Part shown: piece after piece, positions 9,192-17,204 of the stretch
How the letters are laid out: every line of letters begins with the position of its first letter
Numbering within the stretch: position 1 is the stretch's first letter
The notes under the pieces: model-generated
The model's database searches: none
Seen by the model: only the letters and a program-made list of their open reading frames with translations
Told to the model about the DNA's origin: nothing
From: Pseudomonadales bacterium
Lineage (GTDB): Bacteria > Pseudomonadota > Gammaproteobacteria > Pseudomonadales > Azotimanducaceae
Direction of reading: 5' to 3'
Assembly (NCBI GenBank): GCA_963666465.1
Contig: OY762824.1
Coordinates: 810,112 to 874,111, forward strand
Length of the DNA: 64,000 bases
Position numbers and translations under genes: made by a program

Positions 9192-10853
9192 ATGGAAGAC
9201 CAACCCCGCGAGTCCATGGACTTCGACGTCGTCATCGTCGGCGGCGGCCCCTCCGGCTTGGCAGCCGCCTGCCGCCTGATGCAGCTCGGCAGCGAAGCCG
9301 GACGTGAGCTTTCCGTCTGCCTCGTGGAGAAAGGCTCCGAGATCGGCGCGCACATCCTCTCCGGTGCCGTGCTGGCGCCGAAGTCGCTTAACGAACTGTT
9401 TCCGGACGCGGCGGCGAACGGCGCGCCGCTCGACAACCCCGTCACCGACGACCGCTTCTATTTCCTCGTTAACGACACCAACCGCATCCTGCTACCCATG
9501 TGGACGATCCCCGGCGAGAGCAAGAACGCCGGCAACTACGCACTCTCGCTCGGCAATCTCTGCCGCTGGCTCGGCACCCAGGCCGAGGAGCTGGGCGTGA
9601 ACGTGTTTCCGGGCTTTGCCGCTGCCGAGATTCTCTATGGCGACGATGGTTCCGTGCGCGGCATCGCCACCAAGGACATGGGCGTCGATGCGCGCGGCGA
9701 GCGCAAGCCGGTGTTCGAGCCGGGCTACGAGCTGCGCGCCAAGTACACGCTGTTCGCCGAGGGCTGTCGCGGGCATCTCGGCAAGGAACTCATGGCCAGG
9801 TTCGGCCTCGCCAAGGACTCCGCAACGCAGCACTATGCCATCGGCCTGAAAGAGCTTTGGGACGTGGACCCCGAACGTCACCAACCGGGCGCCATTGTGC
9901 ATGGCGTTGGCTGGCCGCTCGGCCGCGTGCGTGGAACGAGCGGCGGGTCGTTCCTCTACCACCTGCCCAACAACCAGGTTTCTCTTGGCATCATTGTTGA
10001 TCTGTCGTACCGCAATCCGCATCTGTCGCCATTCGACGAATTGCAGCGGCTCAAGCACCATCCCCTGTTCGCCGATGTGCTGCGTGGCGGGCGGCGCGTG
10101 GCGTACGGTGCCCGCGCCATCGTCAAGGGCGGCATCCGGGCACTGCCCCGCCTGACGGTGCCGGGGGCCGCATTGGTCGGCGACGACGCCGGCTTCCTGA
10201 ACGCCCTCAAGATCAAGGGCTCGCACACCGCGATGAAGTCGGGGATGCTGGCGGCGGAATCCGTTTTCGACGCGCTCGAACGGGGCGAGGAGAACACCGA
10301 GCTCGCAGATTTCAGCGACCGCGTGAACGACTCCTGGCTGGGCCGGGAATTGCACGGTGCCCGCAACATCCAGCCGGGGCTGCACAAGTTCGGCACGCTG
10401 TTTGGCGCCACCTATGCCTGGATTGACCAGAAGATCGCCCGCGGGCACATGCCCTTCACCCTCGCCGATCCCACGCCAGACCACGCGACCCTGATGCCGG
10501 CGGCGAAGGCGCCCACGATCGACTATCCGAAGCCGGACGGCGAACTCTCCTTCGACAAGCTCTCGTCGGTGTTCCTCTCGAACACCAACCATGAAGAGGA
10601 CCAGCCCTGCCACCTCACGCTGGCGGATGCCGCAGTGCCGATCCGCGACAACCTGCCGATGTTCGACGAGCCGGCGCAGCGCTATTGCCCGGCGGGGGTT
10701 TACGAGGTGATCGAGGAAGCCGGCGAATCCCGCTTCCAGATCAATGCCCAAAACTGCGTCCACTGCAAGACCTGCGACATCAAGGACCCGGCGCAGAACA
10801 TCACGTGGGTGGTGCCGGAGGGAATGGGGGGGCCGAACTACCCGAACATGTAG
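9192..10853 (+). CDS. Electron-transfer flavoprotein:ubiquinone oxidoreductase (ETF-QO)
   Basis: FAD motif DVVIVGGGPSGLAAA, a C-terminal 4Fe-4S motif CVHCKTCDIKDP, and a 553-aa length typical of ETF-QO. Confidence 0.95.
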   Translation: MEDQPRESMDFDVVIVGGGPSGLAAACRLMQLGSEAGRELSVCLVEKGSEIGAHILSGAVLAPKSLNELFPDAAANGAPLDNPVTDDRFYFLVNDTNRILLPMWTIPGESKNAGNYALSLGNLCRWLGTQAEELGVNVFPGFAAAEILYGDDGSVRGIATKDMGVDARGERKPVFEPGYELRAKYTLFAEGCRGHLGKELMARFGLAKDSATQHYAIGLKELWDVDPERHQPGAIVHGVGWPLGRVRGTSGGSFLYHLPNNQVSLGIIVDLSYRNPHLSPFDELQRLKHHPLFADVLRGGRRVAYGARAIVKGGIRALPRLTVPGAALVGDDAGFLNALKIKGSHTAMKSGMLAAESVFDALERGEENTELADFSDRVNDSWLGRELHGARNIQPGLHKFGTLFGATYAWIDQKIARGHMPFTLADPTPDHATLMPAAKAPTIDYPKPDGELSFDKLSSVFLSNTNHEEDQPCHLTLADAAVPIRDNLPMFDEPAQRYCPAGVYEVIEEAGESRFQINAQNCVHCKTCDIKDPAQNITWVVPEGMGGPNYPNM

Positions 10854-10900
10854 GGTGGGCGACGGGCGGAGCGGCTCGCACAGCTCTTCGGCGCGTCCTG

Positions 10901-10930
10901 CCCTCCCGAGACCTGAGGTTCTCGGAGGGG
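10901..10930. terminator. Imperfect GC-rich hairpin between convergent genes (possible bidirectional terminator)
   Basis: Sequence ccctcccgag-acctgaggtt-ctcggagggg, followed by a second small hairpin gctgcc-tgt-ggcagc at 10932-10946. No clear U-tract. Confidence 0.3.
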
Positions 10931-10964
10931 AGCTGCCTGTGGCAGCGGCGTCGCCGTGCCTCGC

Positions 10965-11507
10965 CTAATCGGTGGCCTGGCCGAGCACGAAGCGGGTGCC
11001 GGCACTCCAGATGCTCACCTCGCCGCCTGCCTCCGTTTCCGCCTCCTCCACCAGTCGGTAGAACACGCTGCGGGCGATCAGGGCTCGCAGGCCGTCGCGC
11101 ACTTCCACATAGGGGCGTGGTTGGTCGCGAGTGCCCTCCACCGTGATGGGATGTTCCGCATCCGCCAGCACGGCGTCGGCGAGATTGGTGGCGAAGACAA
11201 GGTGGCGGTCGCTGCCCTGCCCGCTCGACTCCATGTCCACGGCCACGAACGGCGCATCCTCCACCTCGATGGCGAGCTTCTCCGCCGGCGTCACCAGATA
11301 GTGCTGGCCCTCTTCGAGGCGCAGGATGGTGGAGAAGACCCGGGCGATGGCGACGCGGCGGATGGCGGCGCCCTCGTGAAACCAGGTGCCGTCGGCGGCG
11401 ATGCGGATGTCGATGCTGCCAACCCGTTCCGGGTGCCACAGATGCACCGGCGGCAGGCGACGGCCTTGCGCCGTTGCCAGCAAGCGCCTGAATGGGTCGT
11501 CCGCCAC
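10965..11507 (-). CDS. DUF1285-family protein
   Basis: PPVHLWHPERVGSIDIRIAADGTWFHEGAAI... resembles DUF1285 proteins. The first 31 codons of the ORF run into a repeat element, so a GTG at 11507 is the proposed start (uncertain). Confidence 0.65.
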   Translation of the reverse strand: MADDPFRRLLATAQGRRLPPVHLWHPERVGSIDIRIAADGTWFHEGAAIRRVAIARVFSTILRLEEGQHYLVTPAEKLAIEVEDAPFVAVDMESSGQGSDRHLVFATNLADAVLADAEHPITVEGTRDQPRPYVEVRDGLRALIARSVFYRLVEEAETEAGGEVSIWSAGTRFVLGQATD

Positions 11508-11634
11508 AATGGGCGCTTGTCCTAGCAGCCTGTCGGACTTCGGACGGCGTAAGCTGGCCGAATGCCGACAAGGGTGACAGGACGGCTGGGGCTGGGGCAA
11601 GAAGCGTTGCCGAAAGGCAACGGTTCTTGTGGCG

Positions 11635-11820
11635 CTAGCCCCGGATTGTCCATGAATGCCCTACTGCGGACGACGACACATTCGCTGTGGCTGTGCATGC
11701 TCACCCCAGCCGACTCGACATGGTGCGCAGCCATGCCTTCGCCGTCTTCCACTCCGCTCACACAGCCACAGCGGCGTCTCGTCGCCCTCGCTACGCGCAT
11801 TCATGAACAATCCGGGCTAG
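11635..11820. mobile_element. MITE-like element U2 (186 bp) with ~24-bp terminal inverted repeats
   Basis: Ends are ctagccccggattgtccatgaatgc ... gcattcatgaacaatccgggctag. There is an internal 12-bp perfect palindrome arm, gctgtggctgtg/cacagccacagc. Single copy in this window. Confidence 0.6.
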
Positions 11821-11983
11821 GAGTCTGCGCCGTAGAAACTTTTCCGGGGACATGCACCCTAATACGGCGAGAAAAATCCATCTTCTGGGAGGTCCTGTCC
11901 CTCGTCAGGAACGTTTCGGGGCGAGCAATGGGGGATCACACCACATTTTCGGCGCGAGATCGTCCTACGGCGCAGACTCCTAG
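11817..11983. mobile_element. MITE-like element U3 (167 bp) with 19-bp perfect terminal inverted repeats
   Basis: Ends are ctaggagtctgcgccgtag ... ctacggcgcagactcctag. A second, inverted and end-truncated copy lies at 61937-62098. Confidence 0.75.
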
Positions 11984-12181
11984 CGCGCCCTTGCGGGCGC
12001 GTCGGCAGTTCGCTTCGCGAACTGCTTGGCCTTCGGCTCGCATTCGCTCGCGCCTTCGGCTAGGAGGTAAGCGCCGTTCTACGGCGCTTACCTTGCATGG
12101 AAGTACGCCCCCAGCGATGGGGGAATTGCCGGTACTTCCTTACGCGTCAGCGGTCGGGGATGCTTCCCCGGCTGAAGGCTC

Positions 12182-13147
12182 CTAGCCACCGATGAACTTC
12201 ATCACGGTCACCTCGCCGGTGAACGACAGTGTCTGCTTGTCGCCCAGCGCCGCCAGCAGGAGGCGCTGCAGGCCGGCTCGGGCACCATCGTCCGGCAGTG
12301 CCAGCAGGTCCTTCATGTCGTGGCGGCGACTGCTGGACAGACAGCCGTAAAGAAAGCCGTTGGAGGAAAGGCGCAGCCGCGTGCAGGAGGCGCAGAACGG
12401 CTCCGACTCGTTGGCGATGATGCCGAACACCCCACGACCCGGCACCTCGAAGCGCACCGAGGTCGAGTCGAAGGCGGCATCGGTGCGGGCGTATTCATAG
12501 CGCGACCCGATCAGGGCCAAGATGTCCTCCATGCCGAAGAAATCCCGCGCGAACGAGGCGCCCTGCTTCAGGTGCCCCATGTTCATCAGCTCGATGTAGC
12601 GCAGTTCGATGGCGCGATCGAGGCAATAGTCGAGCATCGGCAACACTTGGTCCACGTTCGCCGTGCGCATGGGCACCATGTTCACCTTCACCTTGAGACC
12701 CGCCTCGATCATGAGGTCGATGCCGTGCAGCACGGTTGCGAGGTCGCCGCTGCGGGCGATGGCGTGGAAGCGATTGGGGTCCAGCGTGTCGAGGCTCACG
12801 TTGATGCGGCGCACGCCGGAGTCGATCACCGTGCGAGCCTTGCGCGGCAGGAGCTGGCCGTTGGTGGTGATGGATACGTCCGACAGCCCGAGTGCCATCA
12901 CCTCCGGCAGCACTTCCTCGAACTTGGGCGAAAGCAGCGGCTCGCCGCCGGTGATGCGCAGCTTCTCGATCCCCGCCGACTCGATGAGCAGCCGCACCGC
13001 CCGCACAAGCTCGCTGGCCGAGAGCTCGAGCGCGGCCGCTTGCAGGCGCTTGCCGTCCGGCACGCAATAGGTGCAGGCGTAGTTGCAGGCCGCGGTGAGG
13101 CTGAGGCGAAGATTGCGGAATCGCCGGCCTTGTGCGTCAACGATCAT
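12182..13147 (-). CDS. moaA: GTP 3',8-cyclase MoaA (radical SAM, molybdenum cofactor biosynthesis)
   Basis: Radical-SAM motif CNYACTYC and MoaA-like sequence throughout. The proposed ATG at 13147 (MIVDAQGRRFRNLRLS) gives 321 aa; the ORF extends to 13381. Confidence 0.9.
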   Translation of the reverse strand: MIVDAQGRRFRNLRLSLTAACNYACTYCVPDGKRLQAAALELSASELVRAVRLLIESAGIEKLRITGGEPLLSPKFEEVLPEVMALGLSDVSITTNGQLLPRKARTVIDSGVRRINVSLDTLDPNRFHAIARSGDLATVLHGIDLMIEAGLKVKVNMVPMRTANVDQVLPMLDYCLDRAIELRYIELMNMGHLKQGASFARDFFGMEDILALIGSRYEYARTDAAFDSTSVRFEVPGRGVFGIIANESEPFCASCTRLRLSSNGFLYGCLSSSRRHDMKDLLALPDDGARAGLQRLLLAALGDKQTLSFTGEVTVMKFIGG

Positions 13148-13289
13148 GGGAGGAGGTTGTTCATGGCCATGCGCGATCATACCTTGTCGGGCGCGCGCCA
13201 TGAAACCGATTCCGTGCATTACCTCGAGGTCCAGCATCGACGGTGCTATGTTGCGGCATGACTCGATCAAGAATTCGATGGAGGGAACC

Positions 13290-14384
13290 ATGACCGAACG
13301 TGGATGCCAGCTTCGCTTCGCCATCGCCAGCCTGCTTGCAGCGCTCGGTGTGGTTGCGCCAACGCAGGCGGAGTACATCACCGTGGTTTCCTGGGGTGGC
13401 TCCTACGCCCGCGCCTGTCAGGAGGCGATCATCAAGCCGTTCATGGCCGAGACCGGCATCGATGTGCGGCTGGAGGACTACAACGGCGGCCTCGCGCAGA
13501 TCCGCGCCCAGGTCGAGACCGGGGCGGTGCGCTGGGATGTCGTGGACATGGAAGTCGCGGACGCCGCCAGAGGCTGCGACGAGGGCCTGCTGGAGGTGGT
13601 GGACACCGACATCCTCGCCGCCTCCGCCGACGGCACGCCGGTGACGGAGGACTACCCGCCCGACACCATCGGCGACTGCGGCGCGGGCACAATCTTCTAT
13701 TCCACGGTCTATGCCTACAACGCCGAACGAATGGGGGAAGAGGCGCCGCAAACGATCGACGATTTCTTCGATCTCGAACGCTTCCCGGGTCGCCGCGGGA
13801 TGCGCCGCTCGCCACTCGGGAACATGGAGTTCGCGCTCATGGCCGATGGCGTGCCGCCGGATCAGGTGTATTCGGTGATGGACACCGACGAGGGCATTGC
13901 CCGCGCCTTTCGCAAGCTGGACACGATCAAGGATCAGGTGGTGTGGTGGGAAGCCGGTGCACAGCCGCCGCAAATGCTGGCGGACGGTGAAGTCGCCATG
14001 AGCACGGCCTACAACGGCCGCATCTTCAACGCCCAGGTGCTCGAAGGGCAGCCCTTCGTGATCGTCTGGGACGGACAGGTGTTGGACCACGGCGTGCTCG
14101 GTGTCGTCGCCGGCACGCCAAGGCTCGACGGCGCCCTCAAGTACGCGAGCTTTGTGTCGCGCCCGGAAATCATGGCAGCGGTCGGCAAGTACATCGCCTA
14201 CAGCCCAGCGCGGCGCTCCGCCCTTCCCTTCGTCTCCACCCACCTCGCCACCGGCGTCGACATGCGCCCACACATGCCCACGAGCCCAGAGAACGTGAGC
14301 AAGGCGCTGCACAGTGACTGGCAATGGTGGAGTGACAACGGCGACGAGATGAACGAACGCTTTGCCACTTGGCTGGCGCGGTAG
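13290..14384 (+). CDS. ABC transporter periplasmic substrate-binding protein (PotD/PotF-like family 1), no cognate permease or ATPase nearby
   Basis: Signal peptide LLAALGVVAPTQA and a family-1 SBP-like sequence. GGAGGG lies 6 nt upstream of the ATG at 13290. Confidence 0.8.
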   Translation: MTERGCQLRFAIASLLAALGVVAPTQAEYITVVSWGGSYARACQEAIIKPFMAETGIDVRLEDYNGGLAQIRAQVETGAVRWDVVDMEVADAARGCDEGLLEVVDTDILAASADGTPVTEDYPPDTIGDCGAGTIFYSTVYAYNAERMGEEAPQTIDDFFDLERFPGRRGMRRSPLGNMEFALMADGVPPDQVYSVMDTDEGIARAFRKLDTIKDQVVWWEAGAQPPQMLADGEVAMSTAYNGRIFNAQVLEGQPFVIVWDGQVLDHGVLGVVAGTPRLDGALKYASFVSRPEIMAAVGKYIAYSPARRSALPFVSTHLATGVDMRPHMPTSPENVSKALHSDWQWWSDNGDEMNERFATWLAR

Positions 14385-14497
14385 GGGCGGCGAGTAGCGC
14401 CTTGGGGCGAGAGGGCATCCTGGCCTCCCAACGCCCCCACAGGGGGTTGCAGCAAGCGGAATTTTCTTCCTAAACGCAGGCGGAATATCCTTCCTAG

Positions 14498-16609
14498 CCC
14501 AAGTTTACCAACGAAAAGAATAAACTGTTGTATCTCAACAATTTAGGTTGACCGAATCGCGCGCATGGCACTACATTCGTGCCCGACGTGATGGTTTCCC
14601 CTCAGACGACCGCCTGGTGTGTCCCCCCGGCTGAGGAGGGGATCCCCAAGGCATCGAGGATGGCCTTCTGCTGCGGTTCCGGGCGCGTCGCCTTGCGCAC
14701 ATGCAGCGTGCGTCCGTCGGCGCGCTTGAACGTCGCGGTCACCCGCTGACGGCCGCCGAGAATCCGTTTGAGCGTCGTCCAGTTCGCCGTGCGCATCGGC
14801 CCGTCGCCGCGCTCGGCCAGACGGGTGCGAATCACCTGGACCCGTTGGTAGGCGATCACCGTGATGAACAGATGGCCCTCGGCACGGCGCGGCTTGCGGT
14901 GATGGATGGGGCGCAGGCCCAGTTCGGATTTCAGGGAACGGAACGCCGCCTCGACATCCGTGAGCAGGGTGAAGGTGCGCCACAGGCGCTCCTCGCTGAA
15001 GTCGGTCTCGTTGCTGCGCAGGCAATAGACGCCCGGATGGGTGAGCATCGTCCCGGCCACCGGCGTGCGGAGGAAGGTCACCGCCACGGCCCGTTTGCCG
15101 CTCTCGTCGGTTGCCACCGCGATGTCGTAGTGTTGGCCGACACCGCGGCTCTTCTCCACCAGCCGGCCGATGCGTTGCCAGATCTTTTCCGGCTTCTTCT
15201 GCGTGCGCGGCCGCGACAGCCCCTCGTTGATCGCATCGAGATCCCGCTCCAGGCGTTGCGCAAACCGCTCGGCCATGCCGCGCTCCTTCTCGGCACGCTG
15301 CTCGGAGCAGCAGTACAGGCGCACCTCGCCCGCCTCGGCGTCGTCCACCTTCTCCAGATGCACCACCCCGCCGCTGCGGGTGCGGTGGGCGAGTGCCGCC
15401 TCGGGCTCGAAGCGGCGCTTGCGCTCGCGCGAGACCACGATGTAGCGGTACCCGTTCGCCTTCAGCCAGTCGACCTGTCGCTCGGTGGCGATGCCCCGGT
15501 CGAGCACCACCCGCGACCCCGGCGGTGCCCCGAGCGCGTCCAGCATGCCGGAAAGCGTCCGGTCTTCCTTGACGTTGCCCGCGAACACCCGCGAACGCCG
15601 CACGAAACCACCCCCGTCCAGCACCAGCCCCAGGGTGAGCAGCTTGCAGTCGCTGCGCTTCTCCTTCGAATGCCCCCGCCGCGCCTCGGGCTGATCCGCC
15701 ACATCGCCCTCGTAATAGGTGTTGGTCAGATCGTAGAGCGTCACCGTCGGCGCCAGGTCGAACAGGTCCATGGCGCTCTCGAACAGATGCGCCTCGATCG
15801 CTTCGCGGTGGGCAACCAAGGCATCCGAGGCCCGGTACAACTGCATCGCCCCCATGGTCTCGAAGTCCACACCCAGCAACTCCCCCAAGGCACTGCGCTC
15901 GCGCAGCCAGGCGTGCGTGGCCCGCTCCGAGGCCGGGTACGCAAGCCGCGCCACGATCGAGGCCACCGCGGCCGTGCACGGCGACGCGTTGATGCCCAGG
16001 GTCGACAGCAACTCCATCAGGCCCAACCGCTCGACCGCCCACAGTCCCGCCTGCTCGACCGCCCACAGTCCCGCCTGCTCGACGCCCACGCTGCGCGGGC
16101 GCGTCAACTCGAGCGACGCCACGTCCACACGGACCGGATCACGCACCGCTTCGGCGTCCCCCGCCCGGCCGCGGGCCAGCAGTTGCGCCCCGATCCGTTG
16201 CGCTTCTTCCTCGACGGCAGCCGGCGCATCGTCGGTGAGCGGCGCCTGGCCGTTCAAGATCTCGTCGATGCGCCGGCACAGTTCCGGCCACTCCTCCACA
16301 GGCAGGTCGAAATCGCTGCCGAGGTTCAACAACGTGCGCTGGCGGACCTTGGCGCCGTCGCGCCGACTGTGCACGAGGCGGTGGGAGTGGTAGTCCTGGC
16401 CGCCGGTGCGGCGGGTGAGGGTACGGCGGATGAACATGGCGGGTGACGGTAGCGGCGCCGGCCACCCATGTCAACCGACACCACCCCATTATGGCACTAC
16501 ATCGGTCGATCCACCCCACCAGGAACCGGAAAACAACGAGTTGCCGACCCCAAAACCGTCAATCACCGCAAGATCGGGCGAAAATCACGGGGTTGTTGGT
16601 AAAGATGGG
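14498..16609 (-). mobile_element. IS1634-family insertion sequence, copy 3 (2112 bp)
   Basis: Same IRs as copy 2. Perfect 4-bp direct repeat ctag at 14494-14497 and 16610-16613. Carries a 24-bp tandem duplication absent from copies 1 and 2. Confidence 0.95.
14602..16437 (-). CDS. IS1634-family transposase, 611 aa (8-aa EQAGLWAV duplication)
   Basis: Identical to the copy 2 protein except for the duplicated octapeptide and A->V (ALVAHREAIE). Confidence 0.9.
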   Translation of the reverse strand: MFIRRTLTRRTGGQDYHSHRLVHSRRDGAKVRQRTLLNLGSDFDLPVEEWPELCRRIDEILNGQAPLTDDAPAAVEEEAQRIGAQLLARGRAGDAEAVRDPVRVDVASLELTRPRSVGVEQAGLWAVEQAGLWAVERLGLMELLSTLGINASPCTAAVASIVARLAYPASERATHAWLRERSALGELLGVDFETMGAMQLYRASDALVAHREAIEAHLFESAMDLFDLAPTVTLYDLTNTYYEGDVADQPEARRGHSKEKRSDCKLLTLGLVLDGGGFVRRSRVFAGNVKEDRTLSGMLDALGAPPGSRVVLDRGIATERQVDWLKANGYRYIVVSRERKRRFEPEAALAHRTRSGGVVHLEKVDDAEAGEVRLYCCSEQRAEKERGMAERFAQRLERDLDAINEGLSRPRTQKKPEKIWQRIGRLVEKSRGVGQHYDIAVATDESGKRAVAVTFLRTPVAGTMLTHPGVYCLRSNETDFSEERLWRTFTLLTDVEAAFRSLKSELGLRPIHHRKPRRAEGHLFITVIAYQRVQVIRTRLAERGDGPMRTANWTTLKRILGGRQRVTATFKRADGRTLHVRKATRPEPQQKAILDALGIPSSAGGTHQAVV

Positions 16610-16726
16610 CTAGGCAAACGAGGAATCATGTTCCTAGAAATTAGGGATTTTTTCTCCTAGAGAAATGTTGCCATCTTCAAACAACGGGGTTAGATTTCGA
16701 CTTGGTGTCCTTACGGAGATGGCGAC

Positions 16727-17029
16727 ATGGGTGACTTCAGGAACTGGGTCTCAAGCCGAAAGCTGGTCTGTGGCGGCCTCCTTCTGGCCGCTGCCGGGTG
16801 TACGAGCGATTCGGGCAGCCAACTGGGCCAGCCGACCCATCATTGGGCTCGCGCCGACGTGTCGGTGGCGAAGTACAACTTCCACAACTCCCGCTGCCTT
16901 GGCGACACGCAGGTGAACATGCACGGAGCGCGACAAGACTCGGCGGAGTTCCTCGCCTATCGTGCTTGCATGGAAGGCGAGGGCTACGAGCTGATCGCGC
17001 TGTCGCCCTACGACCGGTACCCCGACTGA
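16727..17029 (+). CDS. Small hypothetical lipoprotein (100 aa)
   Basis: Lipobox LLLAAAGC after a basic N-terminus. A Shine-Dalgarno-like ggaga lies upstream. Confidence 0.5.
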   Translation: MGDFRNWVSSRKLVCGGLLLAAAGCTSDSGSQLGQPTHHWARADVSVAKYNFHNSRCLGDTQVNMHGARQDSAEFLAYRACMEGEGYELIALSPYDRYPD

Positions 17030-17030
17030 C

Positions 17031-17074
17031 CTGACCTCTGTAGCCTCTGTACCTGACCTCTGTAGCCTCTGTAG
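17031..17074. repeat. Perfect 2 x 22-bp tandem repeat cctgacctctgtagcctctgta
   Basis: Read directly. It is followed by the hairpin gggaggg-ttc-cctccc (17082-17098) between convergent genes. Confidence 0.8.
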
Positions 17075-17204
17075 TAGAGAGGGGAGGGTTCCCTCCCTAC
17101 AGATACGGGCCTCAGCCTTCCCGCACGACTGCCGGCATCCTTCGAAGGGAGGAGGGCATCCCTTTCCTGCGCCGCAAGGCGCGTTCTCGCCCTTCCGAGG
17201 CCCA

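Larger units (their letters stand above)
11522..12185. repeat. Mosaic array of five different CTAG-delimited repeat units (U1-U5)
   Basis: CTAG occurs at 11522, 11635, 11817, 11980, 12060 and 12182. U1, U3, U4 and the 87-bp core of U5 recur elsewhere in the window (58066-58268, 61650-62191). Confidence 0.85.
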
